DNA of 64,000 bases, taken from assembly GCA_036268775.1 (NCBI GenBank), contig DATATM010000010.1, forward strand, positions 31,951 through 95,950, in the 5' to 3' direction. A program made the translations under genes and the position numbers. This document shows, piece after piece, positions 1-9,634 of the stretch (positions are counted from its first letter, which is position 1; every line of letters starts with the position of its first letter). The notes under the pieces are model-generated. The model was not told where the DNA came from, did no database searches, and saw nothing but the letters and a program-made list of their open reading frames with translations. This DNA comes from Acidimicrobiales bacterium (GTDB lineage: Bacteria > Actinomycetota > Acidimicrobiia > Acidimicrobiales > RAAP-2).

Positions 1-1
1 C

Positions 2-640
2 CTCGCCACTCCCGAGGCGGTCCTCGAGGCACGGGTGCGGTCAGCCGACGCCGCCCTCCGTCGGATGCTGGGGGAGGCGGTGGAATCGACCGACATGGTC
101 CGGGCCGCCGAGCTGGCCCGGACCGTCGCCGACCGAGCCGCCGCGTGTGTGGGCGGACGCCCGCTGTTCGCCGGGCACGCCGGACTTCCCTGGCCGGAGG
201 CACCCCACCTGGTGCTGTGGCACGCCCAGACCTGCCTCCGGGAATTCCGGGGCGACGGGCACATCGCCGCCCTGCTGCTGGCCGAGATCGGACCGGTGGA
301 AGCTCTCATCCTCCACGTGGCCTCCGGCGAGGTTCCGATCCACTTTCTCAAATCCTCCCGCGGATGGTCGGACGACGAATGGGACGCCGGAGTGGAGCGG
401 CTGCGCTCCCGGGGTTGGCTCGACGAGTCAGACGGGAGCGGCCTGGCGATGAGCCAAGCCGGGATGACCATCCGCCAGCGGGTGGAGGATGAGACCGACG
501 TGCTGGCCGTCTACCCCTACGAGGCGATCGGCGAGGACGGGTGTACCGAGCTCCGCACCCTGACCCGTCCCTTCAGCCGGACGGTGGTGGCGGCGGCCGG
601 GCTGGGGGTCGCCACCAACCCGGCGCCTCCCTCGTCCTGA
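2..640 (+). CDS. Conserved actinobacterial hypothetical protein (SCO6745-like), probably 5'-partial
   Basis: ORF track 35..640. The same frame has no stop back to nt 2, so the N-terminus probably lies outside the window. The motif LWHAQTCLREFRGDGHIAAL resembles SCO6745-type proteins (from memory, unverified). Confidence 0.6.
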   Translation, partial: LATPEAVLEARVRSADAALRRMLGEAVESTDMVRAAELARTVADRAAACVGGRPLFAGHAGLPWPEAPHLVLWHAQTCLREFRGDGHIAALLLAEIGPVEALILHVASGEVPIHFLKSSRGWSDDEWDAGVERLRSRGWLDESDGSGLAMSQAGMTIRQRVEDETDVLAVYPYEAIGEDGCTELRTLTRPFSRTVVAAAGLGVATNPAPPSS

Positions 641-672
641 TCGACCGGCTGGTCGGCGGCTACATTCCCACC

Positions 673-1056
673 ATGACCGAGGACGGGCTGGCACTCGCCA
701 ACGATGCGATGATCCGGGAGTTCCTGGCCGCCTGGGAACGTCGGGACACCGAGCACATCGTTGACAGCTTCACCGACGCCGGCGTCTACCACAGCATCCC
801 GTTGACGCCGATTGTGGGGAAGCCGGCCATCCGGAAGTTCGTTTCCGGCTTTGCCGACGTGCCCCCGGGGCGGCTGGAGATCCACCACCAGGTGGCCTCC
901 GGGAATCTGGTCATGAATGAGCGCACTGATCGCATCACCATGAATGGATCGCCGGTCGTCCTACCGATCTGCGGGGTGTTCGAGATCGAGGGCGGACGCA
1001 TCAAGGCATGGCGCGAGTACTTCGATCTGGCCCCGGTCAGGGCTGCTTACGGCTGA
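673..1056 (+). CDS. NTF2-like / limonene-1,2-epoxide hydrolase family protein
   Basis: ORF 541..1056 trimmed to ATG 673. IREFLAAWERRD, VYHSIP, ERTDRI and GVFEIEGGRIKAWREYFD fit the LEH/SnoaL fold. Confidence 0.75.
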   Translation: MTEDGLALANDAMIREFLAAWERRDTEHIVDSFTDAGVYHSIPLTPIVGKPAIRKFVSGFADVPPGRLEIHHQVASGNLVMNERTDRITMNGSPVVLPICGVFEIEGGRIKAWREYFDLAPVRAAYG

Positions 1057-1768
1057 ACGGGGTGGACCGGTGGAGGAGGATGAAGTCGCCGAGTGACGAT
1101 TCCTGACCCGGGAGGGTGAAGATCTCGAGGGTGTGGTCGGAGGTGAGCCAGGCCAGATTGCGTCGATGGATCTCGTCCGCTGGTTCGAACCGGTCGAGTA
1201 CCACCGCGACGGGAATCACCTCCAGAAGGGTTCCGTCCCGGAGGTCGGCAACGACCGGCAGCAGGGCATCGATGGAAAGCCGCACCCCGTTGATGGTCCC
1301 GAGCCCGGCGTCGGCCACCAGGATGACCAGGTCGGGCTGGAGGGCGCGGGCGAACTCGATGGCGTCTCCGTCGCAGGCCTGGGGGGACCGGACCCCCCCA
1401 GCGGTCTCCACCAACCCGAAATCGACCGGCCGGTCGGGCCACACCACCTCGTCGACCAGGTCGGCGATGGTGAACGCGGGAAGGCCGAGCGCCTCGGCCG
1501 CCATCGGCGGCGCCATCGCCCGATGATAGGAGCGGTGGGAGGGGCAGACTCCCCCGGCCGGCTCTCCGGAGGCGGCCCCCAGCACCTCGGCGTCGGTGGC
1601 CCCACCGAGCGGCGAGCCGTCGGCGCCGACCTCGAAGGACTGGGCGGGTTTGCGGGCGGCGACGTCGAGGCCTCGAGACCGGAATTCGTGGAGGAGTTGG
1701 GTGCCCACCCAGGTCTTGCCGACCTCGGTCCCGGTACCGCAGACCAGGACGACCTGTTCAGGACGCAA
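1037..1768 (-). CDS. bioD: Dethiobiotin synthetase
   Basis: ORF 1037..1768 with a TTG start. P-loop CGTGTEVGKT. Last gene of the bioA-bioF-bioD string, overlapping the bioF stop by 11 nt. Confidence 0.9.
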   Translation of the reverse strand: MRPEQVVLVCGTGTEVGKTWVGTQLLHEFRSRGLDVAARKPAQSFEVGADGSPLGGATDAEVLGAASGEPAGGVCPSHRSYHRAMAPPMAAEALGLPAFTIADLVDEVVWPDRPVDFGLVETAGGVRSPQACDGDAIEFARALQPDLVILVADAGLGTINGVRLSIDALLPVVADLRDGTLLEVIPVAVVLDRFEPADEIHRRNLAWLTSDHTLEIFTLPGQESSLGDFILLHRSTPFSRKQP

Positions 1769-3032
1769 CGACGTTCCTGATCAGACCGGGGCTCGGGTCG
1801 CCGGCGAGGTCCGGGCCCATTTCGAGGGCGGCCAGCTCGGCGATCAGCCGGCCGACCTGCTCGTCGGTGTGGATCGACGACAGGGTGACTCGCAGCCGGG
1901 ACGTCCCCTTCGGGACGGTGGGGGGCCGGATGGCCGGGACCCACAGCCCGTGGGCCAGCAGTCGTTCGGAAGCCGCCACCGCCCATGACTCGTCGCCGAT
2001 GATGACCGGGACGATCGGCGACGGGTGCTTGCCCGGGCTCCCGCTGGCTCCGATGGCGGCCGACACCCGGCCCACCAGTTCGAAGAGCCGGGCGCGGAGG
2101 GCCTGGCCTTCCGATGAACGGACGATGCCCAGCGCCGCCAGCGCGGCGGCGGCGTCGGCCGGGGTCGGGGCGGTGGTGAAGATATAGGGCCGGGCCCGGT
2201 TCACCAGCAACTCCACGAAACGGCTGGGGCCGGCCACGAATCCGCCCAGCGAACCGAGCGTCTTCGACAGGGTCCCCACCCGCAGCACCTCGACCCCCAG
2301 GTCACCGGGGATGACCGGCAGCTCCGGGCCGAGGACGGCATGGGCTTCGTCGAGGACCAGCAGCGCACCGAACCGTCCGGCCACCTCGACCAGGCCGGCC
2401 AGATCGGCGGCGTCGCCGTCCATGGAGAAGATGGTGTCGGACACGATGATCGGGCGCCGGGTCGAGGCCTTCATCAGCTGGGCAAGGTGGTCGAGGTCGT
2501 TGTGGCGGTAGACGGCCACCTCCGCCCGGGCCGCCCGACAGCCATCGATGATCGAGGCATGATTCAACTCGTCGGAGAACACCGACGCCCCGGCCGGGGC
2601 GAACACCGACAGCACCGACAGGTTGGCGGCAAACCCGGTAGGGAAGACGATGGCCCGCTGGCAACCCTTCCAGTCGGCCAGGGCGGCTTCGAGATCGGCG
2701 TGGATGGGGCGGGACCCGGTCACCAGCCGCGAGGCCCCCGAACCGGCTCCCCAGCGATCGAGGGCCTGGTGAGCGGCGGCCACCACCGTCGGGTGGCAGG
2801 AGAGGCCGAGGTAGTCGTTAGAGGCGAACGAGACGATCTCCCCCTCCGGCTCCGGCGGGCGGACGTCGCCGCCCTGGCCGGTCAGCCGGCCGACCGGGCC
2901 CCGGGCGTCGAAGGTCCGGGGGTGGCGCCACTGGCCGGCGGCTTCGACGGTCCGACAGGACGACTCCACCCAGTCGGACCATGCCGATGGCTGTCCCCCC
3001 GGCGAGGCGTCGGGTGCCTTTGCCCCGGTCAC
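1758..3032 (-). CDS. bioF: 8-amino-7-oxononanoate synthase
   Basis: ORF 1758..3566 trimmed to GTG 3032, which overlaps the bioA stop (GTGA). Motifs SNDYLGL, FSMDGD and GTLSKTLG. Confidence 0.9.
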   Translation of the reverse strand: MTGAKAPDASPGGQPSAWSDWVESSCRTVEAAGQWRHPRTFDARGPVGRLTGQGGDVRPPEPEGEIVSFASNDYLGLSCHPTVVAAAHQALDRWGAGSGASRLVTGSRPIHADLEAALADWKGCQRAIVFPTGFAANLSVLSVFAPAGASVFSDELNHASIIDGCRAARAEVAVYRHNDLDHLAQLMKASTRRPIIVSDTIFSMDGDAADLAGLVEVAGRFGALLVLDEAHAVLGPELPVIPGDLGVEVLRVGTLSKTLGSLGGFVAGPSRFVELLVNRARPYIFTTAPTPADAAAALAALGIVRSSEGQALRARLFELVGRVSAAIGASGSPGKHPSPIVPVIIGDESWAVAASERLLAHGLWVPAIRPPTVPKGTSRLRVTLSSIHTDEQVGRLIAELAALEMGPDLAGDPSPGLIRNVVAS

Positions 3033-4369
3033 GGTTGATCGTCCTGCCACACCGCGGCGATCGACGCCGCCAGCACGTCCACCACCCGGTCGATCTCCTC
3101 GATGGTGGTGGTCAGGGGGGGCATCAGCACCACCACGTCCCCCAAGGGCCGCAGCAGGATCCCCTGGCGGGTCGACGCCGCGCACACCCGTCGGCCCCAG
3201 CGCTCGGCGCCATCGGGCGGATCCAGCTCGATGCCCACCATCAAGCCGCGTTGGCGCACCCCAGCGACGCCGGGAAGCCCGACCACCTGGTCCTCCAACC
3301 GGGTGGCCAGATGGTCGGCCACCGCCACCACGTTGGCCAGGACATCCCACTCGCCGATGAGTTGGAGATGGCGATGGGCCACTGCGCAGGCCAACGCGTT
3401 CCCGCCATAGGAGTGGCCGTGGTAGAAGGTCTTCTCCCCGAGGTCGGCGCCGTCGAAGGCGGCGAAGACTTCGCCGGAGGCCACCGTGGCCGACAGCGGG
3501 AGGTAGCCACCGGTGATCCCCTTGCCGAGACAGAGGAGATCGGGACGGAACTCGGTCCCCGCCCATTCCGAGGCGAACAGCTTGCCGGTCCGGCCGAACC
3601 CGGTCGCTACCTCGTCACAGATCAACAGCACCCCGTGCTCCCGGCAGGCCGCCCCCAAGGCGGCCAGTTCGGCGGGCTCGGCCACCAACATGCCGGCGGC
3701 CCCTTGCACCAGCGGCTCGATGATGACGGCGGCCAACTCGTCGGCGTGGGTCTGGATGCAGGCCACCGCCTTGTCCACCCAGTCGGGCGAGGCGTAGCCG
3801 GGGGTCCGGATGACCGGGAACCGCAACGGGTCGAACAAGGCGGTGCCGAAGCCACCGTCTCCGAGCGACAGCGCCCCGACGGTGTCCCCGTGGTAGGCGT
3901 CGCCGAGGGCCAGGAACCGGGTGTGGCCGGGTTGGCCCCGGTTGACCCAGAATTGGAAGGCGATCTTGGCGGCCTGCTCGACCGCCACTGCGCCATCCGA
4001 GGCGAACAGCACGTGGGCGTCCTCCACCGGCACCACCTCGGCCAGCGCCTCGGCGAACTCCACCACCGTCCGGTTCCCGTTTCCCAACAGGGTGGAATGG
4101 GCCACCCGGTCGAGCTGGGCGACCAGGGCGGCATCCAGCTCAGGGACGTGGTGGCCGAGGGTCATCACCCACAACGAGGAGATGGCGTCGAAGTAACGGC
4201 GTCCGTCGACGTCGATCACCTCCCGCCCCTCCGCCCGCTCCACGGTGATGGGCGCATTCCCCTGGTAGGCGGCCATCTGGGTGAAGCCGTGCCAGACCAC
4301 CCCGGCATCTCGGGCCGCCCACCGGTCGGCGTCGGAGGGGGGAGGTGCGGAGGTGGGCGGCGCAGTCAT
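3029..4369 (-). CDS. bioA: Adenosylmethionine-8-amino-7-oxononanoate aminotransferase
   Basis: ORF 3029..4522 trimmed to ATG 4369. Class-III aminotransferase motifs HGHSYGGNALACA and LLICDEVATGFGRTG. Confidence 0.92.
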   Translation of the reverse strand: MTAPPTSAPPPSDADRWAARDAGVVWHGFTQMAAYQGNAPITVERAEGREVIDVDGRRYFDAISSLWVMTLGHHVPELDAALVAQLDRVAHSTLLGNGNRTVVEFAEALAEVVPVEDAHVLFASDGAVAVEQAAKIAFQFWVNRGQPGHTRFLALGDAYHGDTVGALSLGDGGFGTALFDPLRFPVIRTPGYASPDWVDKAVACIQTHADELAAVIIEPLVQGAAGMLVAEPAELAALGAACREHGVLLICDEVATGFGRTGKLFASEWAGTEFRPDLLCLGKGITGGYLPLSATVASGEVFAAFDGADLGEKTFYHGHSYGGNALACAVAHRHLQLIGEWDVLANVVAVADHLATRLEDQVVGLPGVAGVRQRGLMVGIELDPPDGAERWGRRVCAASTRQGILLRPLGDVVVLMPPLTTTIEEIDRVVDVLAASIAAVWQDDQP

Positions 4370-4461
4370 CGGCGAGAGTCTTATGCAGGTCGGCGGGCAG
4401 GTCGAACCGGGTCGGCCGACACCCCGGAAGCACCGCCCCCGGTGCCCATTAGGCTTGGCAC

Positions 4462-4956
4462 ATGGATCGAATTGGCCTGGTTGACACCATGTTTGCCCGC
4501 TTTGACATGGGGGCGGAGGCATTCAGCGAGCTGGCTGACTGTCCCGGCTACGGCGAGACCTTCGAGGTGGTGCGCCGGACGGTGCCGGGGTTCAAGGACC
4601 TGGGCGTCGAGTGCAAGCGCCTGATCGAGGACGAGCACTGCCGGATCGTGGTGGCCATGGGGATGCCCGGAAAGGCCGCCATCGACCAGGTCTGCGCCCA
4701 CGAGGCCGCCCAGGGGATCATGTTGGCCCAGCTGCTGACCTCCACCCACATCCTGGAGGTCTTCGTCCACGAGAACGAGGAAGAGGACCCGGTCAAGCTG
4801 GCCCAGGTGTGCGTCAACCGGGCCCGGAGCCACGCCCGCAACGCCTACTGGATGCTCTACGAGCCCGAGCAGCTGGCCCGACGGGCCGGCCAGGGAGTCC
4901 GCCAGGGCTACGAGGACGCCGGACCCATCGCCGCCGATCGGGCCGGCTCGGTCTGA
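4462..4956 (+). CDS. ribC: Archaeal-type riboflavin synthase (lumazine-synthase-like fold)
   Basis: ORF 4462..4956. Near full-length match to my recollection of the Methanocaldococcus enzyme: VDTMFARFDM, RRTVPGFKDL, MGMPGKA, VCAHEA, MLAQL, EVFVHE, RQGYEDAGP. Confidence 0.85.
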   Translation: MDRIGLVDTMFARFDMGAEAFSELADCPGYGETFEVVRRTVPGFKDLGVECKRLIEDEHCRIVVAMGMPGKAAIDQVCAHEAAQGIMLAQLLTSTHILEVFVHENEEEDPVKLAQVCVNRARSHARNAYWMLYEPEQLARRAGQGVRQGYEDAGPIAADRAGSV

Positions 4957-6080
4957 GGGGACGCCGGCTTCGGCGGGGCCGGATCGTGCGGGAGCCCCAG
5001 GGTCCGCTCGGCGATGATGTTCCGCTGCACCTCTGAGGTGCCCCCGCCGATGGTGAGGGCGGGGGCGAACATGAGCCCGAAGCTGTAGATGGCATCGGCC
5101 CCGACCCCGGTCAGCATCCCCGACGCCCCGGTGAGGTCGCAGGCCAGCCCCATCACATGCTGGCCGTGCTCGTCGGCCAGGGCCTTGCGCACCGACGCCT
5201 CCGGTCCCGGATCGGCCCCGGACACCGCCGCCGACACCATCCGCAGGCGGAGGAGTCGGAGGATCTCGCCTTCCGACCAGACCTCGGCCAGCCGCTGACG
5301 GAAGCGCGGATCGGACGAGCCGCCGGACCGCTTGACGTGTTCCACCAGGTCCTCGGCGGTCGGGCCCATCCCCCAGAGCGACCCGGCGCCCGACAGCGAC
5401 ACCCGCTCGTTCCCGAGCGTCACCTTGGCCAGCCTCCAGCCGTCCCCTTCCCGGCCGACCAGGTTCGCCGCCGGGATCCGGACGTCGTCGAAGAACACTT
5501 CGTTGAAGGTGTGGGTCCCGGTCATGTCGACCAGGGGCCGGATGGTGATGCCCGGAGCATCCATCGGGCAGATGAAATAGGAGATCCCCTGATGCATGGG
5601 CGCCTCGGGGTCGGTGCGGGCCAGGAGGATCCCGAACTTGGCCACGTGGGCATAGGAGGTCCACACCTTCTGGCCGTTCACCACCCACTCGTCCCCATCC
5701 CGTTCGGCCCGGGTGGTGAGCGAGGCCAGGTCCGAGCCGGCCCCCGGCTCGCTGAACAGCTGGCACCAGATTTCGTCGGCGGCCAGCAGCGGGAGCAGGT
5801 AGCGCTCCTTCTGCTCCTCGGAACCGGCCCGGAGGAGGGTGGGCCCCGCCCAGCCGATCCCGATGGTGTTGGTGGGCCGGCGCACCCCGGCCCGCCTCAG
5901 CTCGTCGTCCACGATCAGCTGGGTCTCCGGATCCGCCCCCATCCCCCAGGGCTCCGGCCAGTGGGGGGCCACGTAACCGGCCTCGGCCAGGGCTCGGGCG
6001 GAGGGCTGGGGATGTTCGGCCAACCACGACCGCACCGAGCCCCGACGGGCGTCGTCATCAGGGGGAAGGGCAAAGTCCAT
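4908..6080 (-). CDS. Acyl-CoA dehydrogenase family protein
   Basis: ORF 4908..6317 trimmed to ATG 6080. Motifs LFSEPGAGSDLASL, GQKVWTSYA and GGTSEVQRNIIAE. Confidence 0.9.
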   Translation of the reverse strand: MDFALPPDDDARRGSVRSWLAEHPQPSARALAEAGYVAPHWPEPWGMGADPETQLIVDDELRRAGVRRPTNTIGIGWAGPTLLRAGSEEQKERYLLPLLAADEIWCQLFSEPGAGSDLASLTTRAERDGDEWVVNGQKVWTSYAHVAKFGILLARTDPEAPMHQGISYFICPMDAPGITIRPLVDMTGTHTFNEVFFDDVRIPAANLVGREGDGWRLAKVTLGNERVSLSGAGSLWGMGPTAEDLVEHVKRSGGSSDPRFRQRLAEVWSEGEILRLLRLRMVSAAVSGADPGPEASVRKALADEHGQHVMGLACDLTGASGMLTGVGADAIYSFGLMFAPALTIGGGTSEVQRNIIAERTLGLPHDPAPPKPASPQTEPARSAAMGPASS

Positions 6081-6138
6081 GATGGCGAGCGTAGGCTGCT
6101 CCGGTTCGGCCGAGATAATTGGCCAGAGGTGACAAGGG

Positions 6139-7797
6139 GTGACGAAAGCAATGACCAAGTGGAATTTCGCCGATGTGTGGGAGGCGGTGGCGGAGACGCT
6201 GCCGGAGGCGCCGGCGCTGACCCAGGGCTCGCGCACCCAGTCCTGGAAGGAGACCGACCACCGGGCCGACAACCTGGCCCGGTGGCTCCTGGGGGCGGGC
6301 GTGGCCAAGCAGGACAAGGTGGCCCTCTATCTCTACAACTGCCCCGAGTACCTGGAAGCCACTTTCGCCATCTTCAAGGTCGGCCTGGTCCCCATCAACA
6401 CCAACTACCGCTACGCCGACGACGAGCTGGCCTATCTGTGGGAGAACGCCGACGCGGTGGCGGTGGTCTTCCACGGGGTGTTCGCCGAGCGCATCGAGGG
6501 CATCCGGGAGCGGATCCCCGGCATCCGGAGCTGGCTCTGGGTCGACGACGGCACCGCCGCCTGCCCGTCCTGGGCGGTGCCCTACGAGACGGTGGCGACC
6601 GACGATGCCGCCGGTGACGGCGGCGGCGAGCGGGTGCGGGCGCCCTGGGGGCGGGGCCCCGACGATCTCAACCTGCTCTACACCGGCGGGACCACCGGGA
6701 TGCCCAAGGGGGTGATGTGGCGCCAGGACGACCTGTTCGCCCTGTTGAACGGTTCCGGCTTCCGCAAGTACGACGAGGAGTCGGGGGTGGAAGGGGTGCG
6801 GCAATCCCTCTCCGAGCTGGGACCGGGGATGACCCTGCTGCCCGCCTGCCCGCTGATGCACGGCACCGGGGGCTTCACCGCCATCGAGTGTCTGAGCGAG
6901 GGGGGCCGGGTGGTGCTGCTGGCCTCCCGCCAGTTCGATGCCGTCGAGCTGCTCGACACCGTCGAGCGGGAGAAGGTCAACGGCCTGATCATCGTCGGCG
7001 ACGCCTTCGGCAAGCCGATCCTGGCCGCGCTGAACGCCAATCCGGGTCGCTGGGACCTTTCCAGCCTGGTGGGGATCATCTCCTCCGGGGTGATGTGGAG
7101 CGAGGAGACCAAGCAGGGCCTGCTCGGACACCACCCGACCATGCTGTTGGTAGACGCCTTCTCCTCGTCGGAGGCGCTGGGGATGGGTAGCTCGATCTCC
7201 TCGGGGGCGTCGGCGTCCAAGACCGCCCAGTTCACCCTCGGGCCCTTCGTCCGGGTGCTGGATCCGGACGGCAATGATGTCGCCCCCGGGTCGGCCCAGC
7301 CGGGGGTGCTGGCCCTCGGGGGTCGCATCCCGCTCGGCTACTACAAGGACCAGGCCAAGACCGACGCCACCTTCAAGACCATCGGGGGGGCGCGGTACTC
7401 GATACCCGGCGACTACGCCGAGGTGCGGGAGGACGGCAGCATCCACCTGTTGGGTCGGGGCTCGGTGGTCATCAACACCGGCGGAGAGAAGGTCTACCCC
7501 GAAGAGGTGGAAGAGGCCATCAAGACGGTGGACGGAGTCCTCGACGCGGTGGCGGTCGGGATCCCCAACGACCGCTTCGGCGAGGAGATCGTGGCGGCGG
7601 TGGAGTTGGCCCCCGGCGCTCCGGAGGGGTCGGTCTCCGAGGACGCCATCATCGAGCACGTGAAGTCGCGCCTGGCCAGCTACAAGGCTCCGCGCCGGGT
7701 CCGGTTCGTGAGCACCATCGGCCGGTCCCCGTCCGGCAAGGTCGACTACGGGCGGATCCGGAAGGAGTCGGCGGCCTGGGTGGGCGTTGAGCTCTGA
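6139..7797 (+). CDS. Acyl-CoA synthetase (AMP-forming ligase family)
   Basis: ORF 6139..7797. Motifs LLYTGGTTGMPKGV, GDYAEVREDGSIHLLGR and SGKVDY. Divergent from the ACAD gene. Confidence 0.9.
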   Translation: MTKAMTKWNFADVWEAVAETLPEAPALTQGSRTQSWKETDHRADNLARWLLGAGVAKQDKVALYLYNCPEYLEATFAIFKVGLVPINTNYRYADDELAYLWENADAVAVVFHGVFAERIEGIRERIPGIRSWLWVDDGTAACPSWAVPYETVATDDAAGDGGGERVRAPWGRGPDDLNLLYTGGTTGMPKGVMWRQDDLFALLNGSGFRKYDEESGVEGVRQSLSELGPGMTLLPACPLMHGTGGFTAIECLSEGGRVVLLASRQFDAVELLDTVEREKVNGLIIVGDAFGKPILAALNANPGRWDLSSLVGIISSGVMWSEETKQGLLGHHPTMLLVDAFSSSEALGMGSSISSGASASKTAQFTLGPFVRVLDPDGNDVAPGSAQPGVLALGGRIPLGYYKDQAKTDATFKTIGGARYSIPGDYAEVREDGSIHLLGRGSVVINTGGEKVYPEEVEEAIKTVDGVLDAVAVGIPNDRFGEEIVAAVELAPGAPEGSVSEDAIIEHVKSRLASYKAPRRVRFVSTIGRSPSGKVDYGRIRKESAAWVGVEL

Positions 7798-9196
7798 GCC
7801 GGACTCCGGGGCTCCCGGATCCCCCGGGAGGGAGAGCTCACCGGTCAAGCGCACCGGACGGTTCGGCCGGTCGGCGGCGTCGGCCCAACTGGTCGGCCGG
7901 ATGGGCGCCTCCCGGCTGACCGGGAAGATCCGGACCCGGCTCACCCCCGCCGATCGCCGGGAGGAGCACGCCGCGGCCATGGAACTCCGGACCGCCGAGC
8001 AGGTGGCCGAGTCCCTGGGGGACATGAAGGGGGCCCTGATGAAGCTGGGCCAGATCGCCAGCTTCCTCGACGAGGGCCTCCCCGAGCCCTACCGGGTGGC
8101 CCTCGCCCAACTGCAATCGGACGCCCCCCCGATGGCGCCGGAGCTGGCCGCCGGGGTGGTGGAAGCGGAGTTGGGCCGGCCGCCGGCCGCCATCTTCAAG
8201 GAATGGGATCCGATGCCGCTGGCAGCGGCGTCCATCGGCCAGGTCCACCGGGCGGTGACCGCCGACGGCCGGGAGGTGGCGGTGAAAGTCCAGTACCCCG
8301 GGGTGGCCGCTGCCATCGAGTCGGATCTGGCCAATACCGAGATGCTGGCCCGCCTGCTCCCGATAATGTTCCCGGCCCTCGATCCCAAGGTGTTGGCCAC
8401 CGAGCTGCGGGACCGGCTGACCGAAGAGCTGGACTACGTCCACGAAGCCGCCAACCAGCGCCAGTTCTGCGCCATCTACCGGGGTCACCCCTTCATCCAT
8501 ATCCCCGAAGTGGTGGACGAGCTGTCCACCGGGATGGTGCTCACCACCGAGCTGGCCACCGGGGCGCGGTTCACCGAGGTCGAGCAGTGGTCGGCCCACG
8601 AGCGGGATCTGGCTGGCGAGACGCTGTTCCGGTTCGTGTTCCGGGGCATCAACCGGTTGGGGGTGTTCAACGGCGATCCCCATCCGGGGAACTACCTGTT
8701 CCGGCCGGGGGGCCAGATCACCTTCCTCGACTTCGGTTTGGTGAAGGCGTTCGCTCCCGAAGAGACGGCGGTCTTCCACCGGTTGATCGAGACCCTGGTG
8801 CTGCAAGGCGACCCGGAGGCCTACCGGCGCACCCTCGAGTCGGTCGGGCTCCTGCGTCCCGACCCGTCGCTGTCGACCGCAGAGGTGGCCGACTACTTCA
8901 GCCACTTCTACGACCTGGTGATGGTCCGGGGCCGGCGGACGGTGGAGCACGAGTACGCCTCGGAGACCGTCCGCCGGGTGTTCAACTCCAAGAGCCCGGT
9001 GGCCAAGGCGGTCAGCCTGCCGTCGATGTTCGTGATCGTGCAGCGCATCAATCTCGGGCTCTACGCCCTCCTGGCGCGGTTGGGAGCCACCGCCGACTGG
9101 CGGGGCGTCGCCGAGGAGCTGTGGCCGATGGTGGACGGGCCGCCGACCACCCCGTTGGGGGAAGCCGAAGCGGAGTGGCTCAGCCGCACTTCCTGA
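7787..9196 (+). CDS. ABC1/UbiB (AarF) family kinase
   Basis: ORF 7787..9196. The TTG start overlaps the upstream stop, so the start is uncertain. Motifs MKLGQIASF, AAASIGQVHRA, AVKVQYPG and FNGDPHPGNYLF. Confidence 0.88.
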   Translation: MSSEPDSGAPGSPGRESSPVKRTGRFGRSAASAQLVGRMGASRLTGKIRTRLTPADRREEHAAAMELRTAEQVAESLGDMKGALMKLGQIASFLDEGLPEPYRVALAQLQSDAPPMAPELAAGVVEAELGRPPAAIFKEWDPMPLAAASIGQVHRAVTADGREVAVKVQYPGVAAAIESDLANTEMLARLLPIMFPALDPKVLATELRDRLTEELDYVHEAANQRQFCAIYRGHPFIHIPEVVDELSTGMVLTTELATGARFTEVEQWSAHERDLAGETLFRFVFRGINRLGVFNGDPHPGNYLFRPGGQITFLDFGLVKAFAPEETAVFHRLIETLVLQGDPEAYRRTLESVGLLRPDPSLSTAEVADYFSHFYDLVMVRGRRTVEHEYASETVRRVFNSKSPVAKAVSLPSMFVIVQRINLGLYALLARLGATADWRGVAEELWPMVDGPPTTPLGEAEAEWLSRTS

Positions 9197-9279
9197 GGGC
9201 TGGGTGGGCGGGTAGGGTCCCGCTGATCGTCAGACCCCCTGGGTAGTGACCCGAACGGCTGTCGAAGCCCGCAACGTCC

Positions 9280-9546
9280 TTACGGGCGGACGGTCACGCC
9301 AGCATCCTTGAGCGCTTCCAGCAGTGGCGCCAGCCGCTCGAATGTGGACTGGTCGGCCGGCAGCGCCCAATCGTTGCCAGCTTGGGTCAGTGTGAGGTTG
9401 CGGTTCCCCATCTTGTCGGGATCGGACACGGTCACAGTGAGGAGCGCCACGTGGAACCGCCTTACGGCGCCACCGAACACCTCCAGCACCCGACCATCGA
9501 AGGTCACCAGGCGATTGGCATCGAGCTGGATATCGGGTTGGTCCAC
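9280..9546 (-). CDS. Hypothetical small protein (88 aa)
   Basis: ORF 9280..9546 with non-repetitive, protein-like composition. First gene of the lower-GC patch. No family recognised. Confidence 0.55.
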   Translation of the reverse strand: MDQPDIQLDANRLVTFDGRVLEVFGGAVRRFHVALLTVTVSDPDKMGNRNLTLTQAGNDWALPADQSTFERLAPLLEALKDAGVTVRP

Positions 9547-9634
9547 CAGGCGAAGGTATCAGTCCGCTCTGGGAGTACGTTGCCGTTGTTCCCGCCTGCG
9601 CCCGAGTGGGCCCAGGCCAGATTTGGGAGGACCG

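Noticed and set aside
4370-4461. Possible biotin operator (BioQ-like TGAAC-n3-GTTCA) or FMN riboswitch in the bioA/ribC divergent region.
   Set aside because: Only a weak half-match (CGAAC-CGG-GTCGG) is present. The 92-bp region is too short for an FMN riboswitch and lacks the conserved RFN element strings.
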